Assembly: GCF_964188315.1 (NCBI RefSeq)
Contig: NC_135665.1
Location: forward strand, 11,346,001-11,410,000
Direction of reading: 5' to 3'
Length of the DNA: 64,000 bases
Source: Podarcis muralis
Taxonomy: Eukaryota
The notes under the pieces are model-generated. The model worked only from the letters and a program-made list of their open reading frames with translations. It did no database searches and was not told where the DNA came from. Position 1 is the first letter of the stretch. Each line of letters begins with the position of its first letter. This document shows positions 37,039-49,000 of the stretch, one piece after another. The translations under genes were made by a program, and so were the position numbers.

Positions 37039-40000
37039 GGCAGGCAGCATGCTCAGTAAATGTTTCTGGAAATTTTGCAAATGTTTTTAAAAATTTAACC
37101 TTGTTTCACATCAAGAGGTTTCCCCCGAAGCCAGGCAGCTACTATTATGTTTAAAAGGCATGAGAACGACAGAATTAGGGCTGGTTGCAATCGTTTTCTT
37201 CCAGGCTGTGGCAGCTAGCCACCTGTCACATCACAGTCAAGCAAGAAATTTTCTTGGTGTGAGAAAAATGTTGGCTTTGTCTGGTACCCTTTAGAAATGC
37301 GTCTGGCATAGCTCAGGCATCCAGCTTCCCTTGAAATTACGATGGCTAGAATTCAATCGACAGCTTATGAGTGATGCGTGAAGCGAACTAAGCGGGAGAG
37401 TATAAAGAGTTCTTAGTCTCTCTTTTTTTAAAACTAAGAAAATTAATTTCCACCATCATCTAATAATGGGAGCAACTCGGTTTCCCTTACTGACACAGAA
37501 TGAACCATTTTTTGAATGCAGAATGCAATCTTGAATCCTTTTTCTTCTTCTGAAGTCTCGCTAAAGCTATGTCCACATGGAAGCATCCAACATTCGGGGA
37601 TTGGAGCTACGGTGCTCTGTTGGAAGCACTGTCTAAATCTTGAGGAAGGGAAAGACTCTCCTCCACAGAAAAAGCTCTGGACGCACAAAGGAAACACAGA
37701 ACCATGCAGACTGCACTGTTCATGCTAGTTGAGGGATATACGCAGTGAACCCAAACCACCAGGGCAAGGGGCGGGGAAGCAATATAAACAACATGACAAC
37801 ATCTTGGGATTGAAAGGGCCACAACTTTGTTCATTGCTTTGGCATAGGCACTGGGGATGTGTCCTGAATCAGCCAACCCAATTGCTGGCAAATTACTTTA
37901 TCAGGGTTGATTCGGGTTAAGGATCCCTCCCATGACACACATTAAATGTGGTTGATCTCTCCAGGATGCCATTTGAAGAGTTCTATGGCCCATTTGCCCC
38001 TGTCAGGGCATTCGAACAGAGTCCTTCTCCCTAGAGGCCTTTACCTAAACTTCTTGATAAGGAAGGGAGTTAGTCTCCTTGCCACCTGTTCTGCTTAGAC
38101 CAAGGATCCATGCCAATGACTTTATCTGCCAGTAATCTGTGACAATTGCTGTGAAATAGGTAACACCTTCAAATGTGGTCCACTTTGTCCCGAGGCAAAT
38201 TCCTTCCTGGCGCCAAATATCATCAACAGAGTAAAAAAGGTAAAGGCAGTGCTTTTTTCTAGGGGGACGCTTACCCCTAAACATTTTGTGAATCAAAGTT
38301 TGACCTCATTGAGGGGCAGTATTTGAATATGAGTAGGAAAATGAGAGTACCCATTAACATTTTTTTAGAAAAAAAGCACTGGGTAAAAGGTAAAGGACCC
38401 CTGGATGGGAAAGTCCAGTCAAAGGTGACTATGGGGTTGCAGCACTCATCACGCTTTTCAGGCCGAGGGAGCCAACATTTGTTCACAGACAGCTTTCTGG
38501 GTCATGTGGCTAGCAGGACTAAACTGCTTCTGGCACAACGGGACACTGTGACAGAAGCCAGAGCGCATGGAAAAGCCGTTTACCTTCCCACCGGAGCAGT
38601 GCCTATTTATCTACTTGCACTGGTGTGCTTTCAAACTGCTAGGTTGGCAGGAGCTGGGACAGAGCAACAGGAGCTCACTCCAAGGTGGGGATTCAAACTG
38701 CCAACCTTCCAATTGGCAAGTCCAAGAGGCTCATTGGTTTAGACCACAGCACCACCCTTGTCCCAGATAAACATGCACACAGTCACCATTGTGAGGCTCA
38801 AAGCAATGAAGCTGATGCCTCCCCAGCTGTTGCCATTGGCTGTGGGTTTTTTGTGATGTCACAAAAGCACTTGGCAACTGAGTGGATATAAAGGCAGGCC
38901 AAGGGCAAAGCCCTTTTCTGTTTCCAGCAGGACACACCTGGCCATGGATGTGACATTCAGCATTGCCCAGGTTTCTTCCACTTGGAGGAGGCAAAGTGGT
39001 GAATGGAAGGAGGCAATCCTCTGGCAGTGGGATGCTAGGGAGCGATAATAAGGCAAGTTTGCTTGCTTGAAGGCTGCTGGTATCCGTGGTTGGAAGCTGG
39101 CGGATGTCTCATGATGGACCTAACAGTAGCTTCTGGCACAACAGAGCACCATGACGGAAACCAGAGTGCACAGAAACACCATTTACCTTCCCGCCACAGT
39201 GGTACCTATTTATCTACTTGCACTGGCGTGCTTTAGTACTGTTAAGTTTGGCAGAAGCTGGAACAGAGCAATAGGAGCTCACCCTGTTGTGCAGATTCCA
39301 ACCGCCAACCTTCTGATCGGCAAGCCCAAGAGGCTCAGTGGTTTAGACCACAGCGCCACCCGCGTCCCCTGAGTGACAGAGTAACTCCATAGCAAGGCCA
39401 TGCACTGCCCGCTTACCTTTGGGCAGGGCCATAACATGTAAGGTGAGCAAGTGGGATGTCCACTGCCAATTGTGCTGCTGGAAGCAGCCTATTAAAATAC
39501 ACAGGACAGACCTGAGTGATAGCTGTGGTTCAGCCAGGTACGCCTCAAAAGTACCGCCCCTTAACTTGGCTGCGACTGGCCAGTTCAAATTTAATTGGTA
39601 GAGGATCCCACTGCCAGAGCAGCAAGTCATCTCTCTGTAAGCCTGGACATCTTGAAATATAAACTGCACATCTGGTCTACAGTGATTGGGGGGGGGGGAC
39701 TGCTAGCACACAAAACAGTGAGAGTGCTGTTTCCTCTCACCCCAAAATTATAAGGAAACAATGGGGAAATGGTTGAGCTCATTCTCACCTTACAAACTCT
39801 GGCTATCCTTGGAATCATCAGCTTGCCAAGAAATTCATATTCCACAGAAACCTCAGTGAAAAAGAAATACACTTTGTCGTCATCCTCGTCGGCACTGTTT
39901 GGGTCAGCTCTTATCACATCGGCAAAAATGAAATTTGGTTCTAGAGAAGTGAAATACAAAATTGCTTAATTTTAATAATTTTCCCCACCTCTCAATATTT

Positions 40001-43000
40001 CCTGTTAATTACTCATTGTGGACATTTTATATACACGCACGGTAGCTGCTCCTTGGTCCTAATAGTATATGATAAACTAGGTCTTTACTGTAGCAAATAT
40101 TACAATTTCTATATTTCACAAACCCTTCAAGAAAATTTGTATTCCAAAAGAGCTATTTTTGAGATCAAGATCCAAACACACTTTTAAAATGAGAAATCTG
40201 CTCTACAATTCCTTGAATTTTTGGTGCAAGTATTTAGACAGCCACATAAAGAACAAACACTGCTCTTATGGAATAATCCTTGAAGGAATCCTGTTAAGTT
40301 ATTACAATTCAGCACTGACTTACAGGAAGGGGTTGTTAGTCCATATTGCATTGTTATTCCCCCCCCCCCAACCCCTTTTAAGAGCATCTCAAAAGTCTCC
40401 TGATAATCGAAAATCAAATAAAGGATAAACCAAACCACAACACAGTTTCTTCAAGCTGCTTTAATGGATTTCATGAACTAAACCTAAGCTGTTTACAATT
40501 TCTGTTATTTCAAGAGGCGTATAGTCTCCAACCCAGACAGAAGACTGAAACAATTGTGTATTTCTTGTGGAATGGCAGCAGAAAGAGATCTTTCTGGCTT
40601 TGGAAACGTACAAAAGGGGTGCTATTTCGGTAAAGAGATTACTAGACAGTACATTTTAGGCACATTCCAACAAATGTTTATTTCCCTCTCCAGATCTTAC
40701 CGTTAAGCCAAGGAATTGCATATTCTGTCCGTAAAGGATTTTGCAACGAGTTCCTTGAAATAATTGGTTCACTTCCCAGGAAGTTGTAAGACGTTCCAGA
40801 GTAAAGATCCCCATCTTTGCAGCAACAAAGGATTACATGGATTAAAAATATATAGTAGTATTTAGCAGTATTTTTTCAAACTGAATGATGCCATACGCTC
40901 CTCCTATTACATCTTCCATCCCCTCCCAACCTCTCCCTCCTGCCTGACACCTGCTTGCAGAAGGCCTGCACTATATTGCTATATTCCCAGCTGCCAGGCT
41001 CCAACACACCTCTCCTCCCTCTCTACGTTCAATGAGCTAAGTCAAATTACCTGTTGTGTACGGTCTCCACTGTACCATTATTAAGATTTAATTCAAAAAT
41101 TACTCCACTGGATGGGCATTTAGTGCTGACCCAAATGACATTGGTTCAAATGGCTTTTAACCAAATTTGGTAGTTTAAGAAGCAGAGGACAAGATGGCTG
41201 ACAAAGATTATGTGTCTGGTCATAATGGGAAGAGGAGCTTTTAACAAAATCCTGGGGTAAATAGGAGTGGCTCAAGAAAAAGGAACTCAAGATATTAGTA
41301 CTTAAGCATAGGGTCTTCTTTGGATGCCAGTTCTTCCTATAACAAGATACAGAAACAGCAGGAGGTTTGTACTTACCAACCATAACTGATGTATAACTTT
41401 GTGCCGGATCAAATGGACACCTTCCTTTGCCATCATCGTTTCTACCCACAAGTTTAAACGATGTCAGGTTCTACAAAACAAATTTAAAAACCTCTTCTTT
41501 ACTTTCCACATGGAATGCAAACAACCACAACCACAACTCAGCATACAGCCATACCTCGGGTTGAAGTACAGTGGTGCCCCACAAGACGAACGCCTCGCAA
41601 GACGGAAAACCCGCTAGACGAAAGGGTTTTCCATTTTGGAGGCACTTCGCAAAACGAATTTCCCTATGGGGTTGCTTCGCAAGACGAAAAAATCTTGCGA
41701 GTCCCCGCGGGTTTTTTTCGCTCCCCCCCCTTTTTCCTAAGGCGCTAAGCCGCTTATCAGCTGTTCCGCTGATAAGCCGCTTAACAGCTGATCGCGAAAA
41801 GCCGCTAGACCGCTGTAGCGCTAATCCGCTAAGCTGTCAATGGGCTTGCTTCGCAAGACGAAAAAACCGCTAGACGAAGAGAATCGCGGAACGGATTCTT
41901 TTCGTCTTGCGAGGCACCACTGTAGCTTAGGGATGAATGTTTTCAGGTTGCTCTCCGCGGCGACCCGGAAGTAAAGTGGCGCGTTACTTCCGGGGTTTCA
42001 CCGCTTGCAAATGCGCAGAGCCTCAAAATGGCATCACACGCATACGCGGAAGCGGCGAAACGCGACCCGTGCAGACGCGTCTTACGTTTACTTCAGGATG
42101 CGATGGGGCTCTGGAACGGATCCCATTCGTATCCAGAGGTACCACTGTATAGCTCTGAACACTTCAAACCAACCCTTTCAGTACGATTAGAGATATAAAC
42201 TCATGCAACCACTTTCAGCTCTCTCTTTTACATTATAAAGTCAACCTGGTGGAATAACCGCAACTGTTACATGACGTTTCCAGATTTCAGCTTATTACAT
42301 TCAGGCCCATGACTTAAGCAACAGATGGGTGAAATTCAACCTTTAGATATGCTGAGGCAATTTACGGGCCTGGTTCAGTACACAATGATTTCTACACATC
42401 AAAACGAAGCTGAAAATAGTTGTGAGAATCAGCCCTCTGTCCCTTTGTTACGCATAAGAAGTAGGCACTTATAAAAGAAATGTGCAAAATATAATGCTTG
42501 TGATCTGGGGGTGGGGGGGGGAGAGACTTAAGTCTTTAAAGCCTGTGGCAGTTCCAATGAGATGAAATTAAGGTTGTGCTTAATTAATGCTGGATTGTAC
42601 ATATTTTTAAACAAAATATTTATTTATCAGCGGCATGATATTGCTATACGAATGAATTAATAAAACCATAAAGCGCAAAGTGCCAAAGATTATGATTTGG
42701 TGACATAGGAAAAGTCTCTGTAACACAAAGTACAGTGGTACCTCGCAAGACGAAAAACTCGCAAGACAAAAGGGTTTTTGGTTTTTTGAGCTGCTTCGCA
42801 AGACGATTTTCCCTATGGGCTTGCTTCGCAAGACGGAAACGTCTTGCAAGTTTGTTTCCTTTTTCTTAACACCGTTAATACAGTTGCGACTTGACTTCGA
42901 GGAGCAACTCATAGCACGCGGTGTGGTAGCCTTTTTTGAGGTTTTTGAAGACTGGTGATTTTTGAAGCTTTTCCAAAACTTTTCCGAAACCGTGCTTCGC

Positions 43001-46000
43001 AAGACGAAAAAAATCGCAAGACGAAAAAACTCGCGGAACGAATTAATTTCGTCTTGCGAGGCACCACTGTATTTGCCTTTAAAAAAAAATTATAACCTGG
43101 TGCTGTTACTTCTCCCATTGCACATACAGGCACATATGCATGGAAGTTGTCCCCTGAAACATATGTGAGGATACCATGGGATTGTGGGGAATGACAAATG
43201 AGGACAAACGAGGAATGAAACAAATGAGGACTTCGGTGTGTTATCCTGGTGTGCTAATACATACAGAGGAGCCAGCAGAAGGGAAGGAAAACATGGAGGT
43301 AGGAAGACAACACAGTTTAGATAGCCAGACAGACAGACACTAGGAAAAGAAGAGAGAGGTCAAGCAAGCAGCAGAAATAAAATAGATTGCGTCATGAAGA
43401 GTGACTGTACTTGGACCATCTTCTCTTGGCTGATTAAGCAGTTTTATGCATGACTCTTTCACCTGCAAATGCCTTTGTGCCTTCTATTGAGGTGTGCACC
43501 ATTAAAACCAGGAAGTCACTAATCGGCCTAATTGTTTTCTGAAACTGTGTATTTAAATGTCAAAAGCTTCCCCGAGTGGTACATTTGCACAAGATGGGGA
43601 GAAATAAAATAAATAAAATAACCATTGTAATTTGTACAAATTGGGAAACTGTGGTTACCAGCTTTGATCTATTAAATCACAGTTATAAGTTAGTTTAATA
43701 TTGTTCTGAAGGGGGTGCCACAGTGTCCGAATTAAATGGGAAAGTTCCTGGTTTAATCATGAACAGATACATGCGCCGAGATATGGGCCAGTTGAGTTGG
43801 ATGAAGAATTCTTGAGTGCCAGAAATGTCTCCAGGAAAATGGAAATGAGAAAAAGCCAGTGTATAGGTGGCAGCTGAGAGTAGAATAAGCTTTCTCTTGC
43901 CATAAAGTGCCAGTATACTAGCCAAAACAGTAAGGAACTATTCTGATGGAAGATAAGCTTTTTAAAAGAATGAAATTGCATTAATGGAACTGGAAAGTGA
44001 TTAATATGTAAATAAGGAAGCTGGCTGTGGCAAGGCCAAGAAAGGACAAATTCTGGCAACGTTGCGGAAAAGATGATAGACAGACTTACAGATAAGGGAG
44101 ACAAGAAAGGTCACAGTCTAACGTCAAAAATCCTGTTCTTGGGAAGAAAGTAAGGTCCGAGTGAAAGGAGAACGATGGGAGAGTCAAGAGACATGGAAGG
44201 TAGACAGAGGTGGGTTTTTAAACAGAAGGAGGACTTCATTCTGAAGTATTCAAGACTATGAGGCTATGGCATAGCCAGGAGCTGACAGAGACAAGACAGG
44301 CAGAGAAGGGAATCAGAGTATTTAGGGAGAGACACAAAAGGGATGTCAGTCACACAGAAAAGTTGGAAAACTTATGTACATGTCTGTGTCCTTTCATCAC
44401 CCAGTTCAGGAAAACTGCTTCTGCAGTTGCCCCTAAAAGAAAAAGTGTTCTTCCCGCTTACCAGATGATCACAGATGGGCTGAAATGCGTTAGTTCCACA
44501 TACATAAAGTGAAGTATCATCCAGCTGTTGCAAGACACGGACGTAGTTAAGGCACTCTGTCTGTAAAAGAGAAAAGGAGGAGGGAAATACTGAGATTTCA
44601 GAAAGTGCAATGAGAATAAGAAACCCTGTAAGCGACTTGCATGGCTTCAGACCTATACACACAAACAAAGTCAAGTCTTGGTTTAATTAGAAGAGATATG
44701 AACGATACTCACAGCTGTGCATGGATGCAACTGCTTTATTCTTCTCTTGCACAAGTGAGCAAACCGAGGAAATGTCCCATTAACTAGTTTCCTGTTTCGT
44801 CTTGAATAGGAAACCGTGGTTGATGTCTTCAGAACAAGCCATTATAGTAAACCATGGTTTTAAGTTTCCTTAACATCCTGGCTTGTTCAGAAGCTGTTAA
44901 CCATAGTTTCAGAGCTTTGGCAAAACGGAAAACCATGGTTAATGGAACACTTCTTGTGTTTGCTAAAGGGGCTGTATGCAACAGGTTGTTCATATTTTGG
45001 CTATGGATGTCTGAGCATGGCCGAAAGTTCACTCAAAACCCTGCTTGTTTTTCTCTAAAGCAGGGGTTTCAAAACTGGTCCACGGACCACCAGTGGGCCA
45101 TGAACTGAACTTCATACAGGTGTTTAGCAGAGTGCTTGTAAAAATGCAATTTAAAACCATATAGCATCTAGCACAGGACATTAGAATTCCTACGAGAGGC
45201 AGAAAAGTAAGTAAGTGGTCCGTCGAGACCTTCAGCCTTGGTCAAGTGGTCGGGGGTGAGGCAGAGTTCAGGACCAATGATCTAAAGCAGGGATGTCCAA
45301 CAGGTCAATCGTGATCTACTGGTAGATCCCCGCGAAGTTTTGGTAGATCGCGGTTGCTCTCCTTAGCATCGCTAAAACTGACTCCTGCCTCCCGCCTCGC
45401 CCCTCCCTCCATTGTTATTTGATCTCTGGAAGGGAAGACGGATCTTTCTCTGTGCTCGTTTTCATTCATAGCGATCTTTTTGTGAGTGACTTTACCCCTT
45501 TGTCCTTTGCCTTTATCCTCCCCAAAAAAGTTTTTATTTTAACCCCTAAAAAGGGTTTTTTTTCCCTCCTCTGTAAAAACAGCTCAACAATTTATAGCTG
45601 CCCCCCTCGGGCTTTTCTCCTCCCCCAAAAAAGCTGAACAACTTTGAGCTGAAACCCCCCAAAACGGGGGTAGATTACTGCCAGTTTTTAATTCTGAAAG
45701 TAGATCGCAGTCTCTTGAGAGTTGGTCACCCCTGCTCTAAGGCATACATGTTCAGCTGGTGGACCATGATTGACAGGTAGATTGCCAGGGTGCTCCAGGT
45801 CAACTTTAGGATTTAAAAAAGGGATTGCCTGTGTTCTACTGTTTGAGCATGCCTTGCCCTGGCCCCAGCAGTCTGTCCCATCGCTGTGGAACCTTGCCTT
45901 CCATTATGCAGCTGCTTTGTGGATGAAGGAGTGATAACTGCAGGTTGTTGTGTGATCAACTCTTGCCAATCCTTCCGAAAAGAAGCTCAACAACTCTTGC

Positions 46001-49000
46001 CAATCCTCCCCCCCAAAAAAGCTCGACAACTCTGGTCTATGCTCCCAAGAAAGCTCGACAACTCTTGGCAATGACAACGGGTAGATCACTGCTAATTTTA
46101 TTTTACTGGGAGTAGATCGCAGTCTCTAGAGAGTTGGACGTGCCTGATCTAAAGCAACAGCAACAAGGAGAAAAGCTAAATAAGCTCATCCATCAATGAA
46201 CTGCTTCTTCAAATATGTTGCAGCAGAAAGCCAAGGCTGCTTGCAGTTATGGGAGAGGTTGGCTCTTTTTCATACTTGGTACTGCTGCATTTGAAGAAGG
46301 AGGGAAGAAGGCAGCACTACCGTGCGGCAAACTATCAGCTCTACGTTTTTTATCATACATGCACACACAACCGTTCAGCATCATGACTTACAGGAACTAA
46401 CACAGCAAAAGAGACACATTAACTCTGCTGAAGGTTTAATTAAAGGGGCATGGAAAATTAATTACTTCTGCAATACTACTAGGAGAAAAAAAAACTTTCT
46501 TGAAAGTCAAGCTGATAAAGAGACAAGCCACAAACTCTTTTCACCTGTTTGGATTTGCCCTTTTCTGCACATTTCGTCTTCTTGTCTTCTGTGACCTTCC
46601 AAAACACCTGGAGGAAAACAGAACCAGGGTAAGAACAAATCAAAGGACCTTTTCAGTGCTCCCACAAAGAGCAATTAATATTACGGCGTCCCAAGCCATC
46701 CTGGGGCAAATGCAAGCAGCTATACACCTCTTTTTTAAAAAAAATAATAATAATTCTGCTCTCTTGGAAATGGGACTTTTCCAAACACACCTGCAGTACT
46801 GGAGTTGGAGAACCTTAAGCACATATGTAAGATTACAGTAAATAACTTCAAATTATTCATTGTGCTTCCCATGAATTGGATTTGCGTAGGAACTGTTCAC
46901 AATCTATAGTGGTGCCTTGGTTCTCAAACATGTTGGTTCTCAAACACCTTTGTTTCCAAATGCCAAAAACCTAGAAGTAAGTGTTCTGGTTTTCGAACGT
47001 TTTTCGGAAGCCGAACGTCCAATGAGGCTGTCGGCTATTGTTTCCGGGGCCCCTACACCAATCAGAAGCCATGCCTTGGTTTTCAAACATTTCAAAACTC
47101 AAACAGACTTCTGGAACGGATTAAGTTTGGCGCTTTTGTTTTTGCTATTTATTTTGTGTTTTTGTTTTTGAGGCTTTTTCGGTTAATTTGTTTTTGTGAC
47201 TGTGTGGAACCCAGTTCAGCTACTGATTGATTGTGCGCGTGCGGAAATGGATAAAAGCCCCTCATCCAAACAATGACTATCATCAGTGCAGGTATGAAAA
47301 ATATTTAATTTTAATTTTTATAATCCACAATACTGTCTTATTTATTTTACAGTATAGTACATTGATTATTGGGGACGCGGGTGGCGCTGTGGGTTAAACC
47401 ACAGAGCCTAGGACTTGCCGATCAGAAGGTCGGCGGTTTGAATCCCCATGACGGGGTGAGCTCCCATTGCTCGGTCCTTGCTCCTGCCAACGTAGCAGTT
47501 CGAAAGCACGGCAAAGTGCAAGTAGATAAATAGGTACCGCTCTGACAGGAAGGTAAACAGCATTTCCGTGCACTGCTCTGGTTCGCCAGAAGCGGCTTAG
47601 TCATGCTGGCCACATGACCCGGAAGCTGTACACCGGCTCCCTCAGCCAATAAAGCGAGATGAGCACCGCAACCCCAGAGTCAGCCACGACTGGACCTAAT
47701 GGTCAGGGGTCCCTTTACCTTTACTTTACATTGCGTATTGCTTTCATTTTATAGATTAATGGTCTTGTTAGATACTAAAATTCTTGTTAAATTGCTGTTT
47801 TAGGGGTTGTTTTTAAAAGTCTGGAATGGATTAATTCGTTTTGCATTACTTTCTATGGAAAAGCGCACATTTGGAACAACAGACTTCCAGAACGGATTAA
47901 GTTTGAGAACCAAGGTACCACTGTATTGGGCAAATGACAACCACTCCCCTTCCATCCAGCCATTTCCCAAACTGAGAAAACAATATAAGCAACAGGAAAG
48001 CAATAATATAAAACGAACTTGCATATTAAAGACTACGCAGCTAGAAAATGGCTGACAGGTTTCACCTGGTAAAAGCAGCTCTCTAGCTTTAAGCATGAAT
48101 GTAGCAAGGGGATTACATTTTGAAGCCCTACAACAATGCATATTCAGATGCACTCCTATAGTTAAGAGAGGAATGAATCCTATTACTTTGAGCATGCATG
48201 TTTAAATTAATTAAATATTAATTAATTAATAATTGTATTATTTATACCCCACCCACCTGGCTGGGTTTCCCCAGCCACTCTCAGCACCTTCCAGCACAGC
48301 TAAAAACACAGTATGTTTGGGCTTGGGCTGCTGATCATGAATATTTAGTATACAAAACTGCATACTTACCTCTTGCTTTTTTTCAGTAATGTTCAATGCA
48401 TTTAGCGCAAAGATCACTTCTCTAGCTCCTACGTACAAAACATCCTTATCTTCACTTAGCAACAAAGTTGAGTAGTTAAATATTTCGGGCTCTTGAAAAT
48501 ATACTAGATGAACTTCTGTTAAAATACAATTAAGGCAAACATTAATTCAAAATGCATTCATTTCAAGGCAAACTTTATTTACAATTGACTAAATAGTTGC
48601 TTGATTTCAAATCCTGGCCTAGATCCATTGATTTTGAGATCGTTAACTAAAGTGGCACAACCTAATGACTGGACATTAGTGAAATTGAAGGGAGAGAAAG
48701 CAATCCAAAAGCTTAAGCAAATGCAAATTCGCTGCCCTGGAGGCCAGGATTGTAGAAAGGGTCATTGGAATATTTGAAATGGGGTTCTTCCTGAGTGCGA
48801 AACAATGAAAAAATTGAGGGGGCCCTACAGTCAAATGATATGCAGAAGCCACAGAATGATAATGGCTTTTATTAGGACCAACCTAAATGCCAAAAATCTA
48901 TGTGAGCTTTCCGTATCTGTTCATCAGGCTGGAAGATGATCAAAACTTGGGAGGAAGATGGAAGAAACAATGACCGTGTTGTCACCCAAATTCCACAATC

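Noticed and set aside
41569-43069. Regularly recurring gcaagacgaaaa motifs, superficially CRISPR-like
   Set aside because: These are subterminal repeats inside TA-flanked MITEs in a eukaryotic intron; no constant repeat-spacer period and no cas genes.
48895-48935. Hammerhead-like core (CTGATGA...GAAA) on the minus strand in a Penelope-like remnant
   Set aside because: Stem I cannot form (ccagc has no complement after gaaagctc) and stem II is weak; at most a dead relic.
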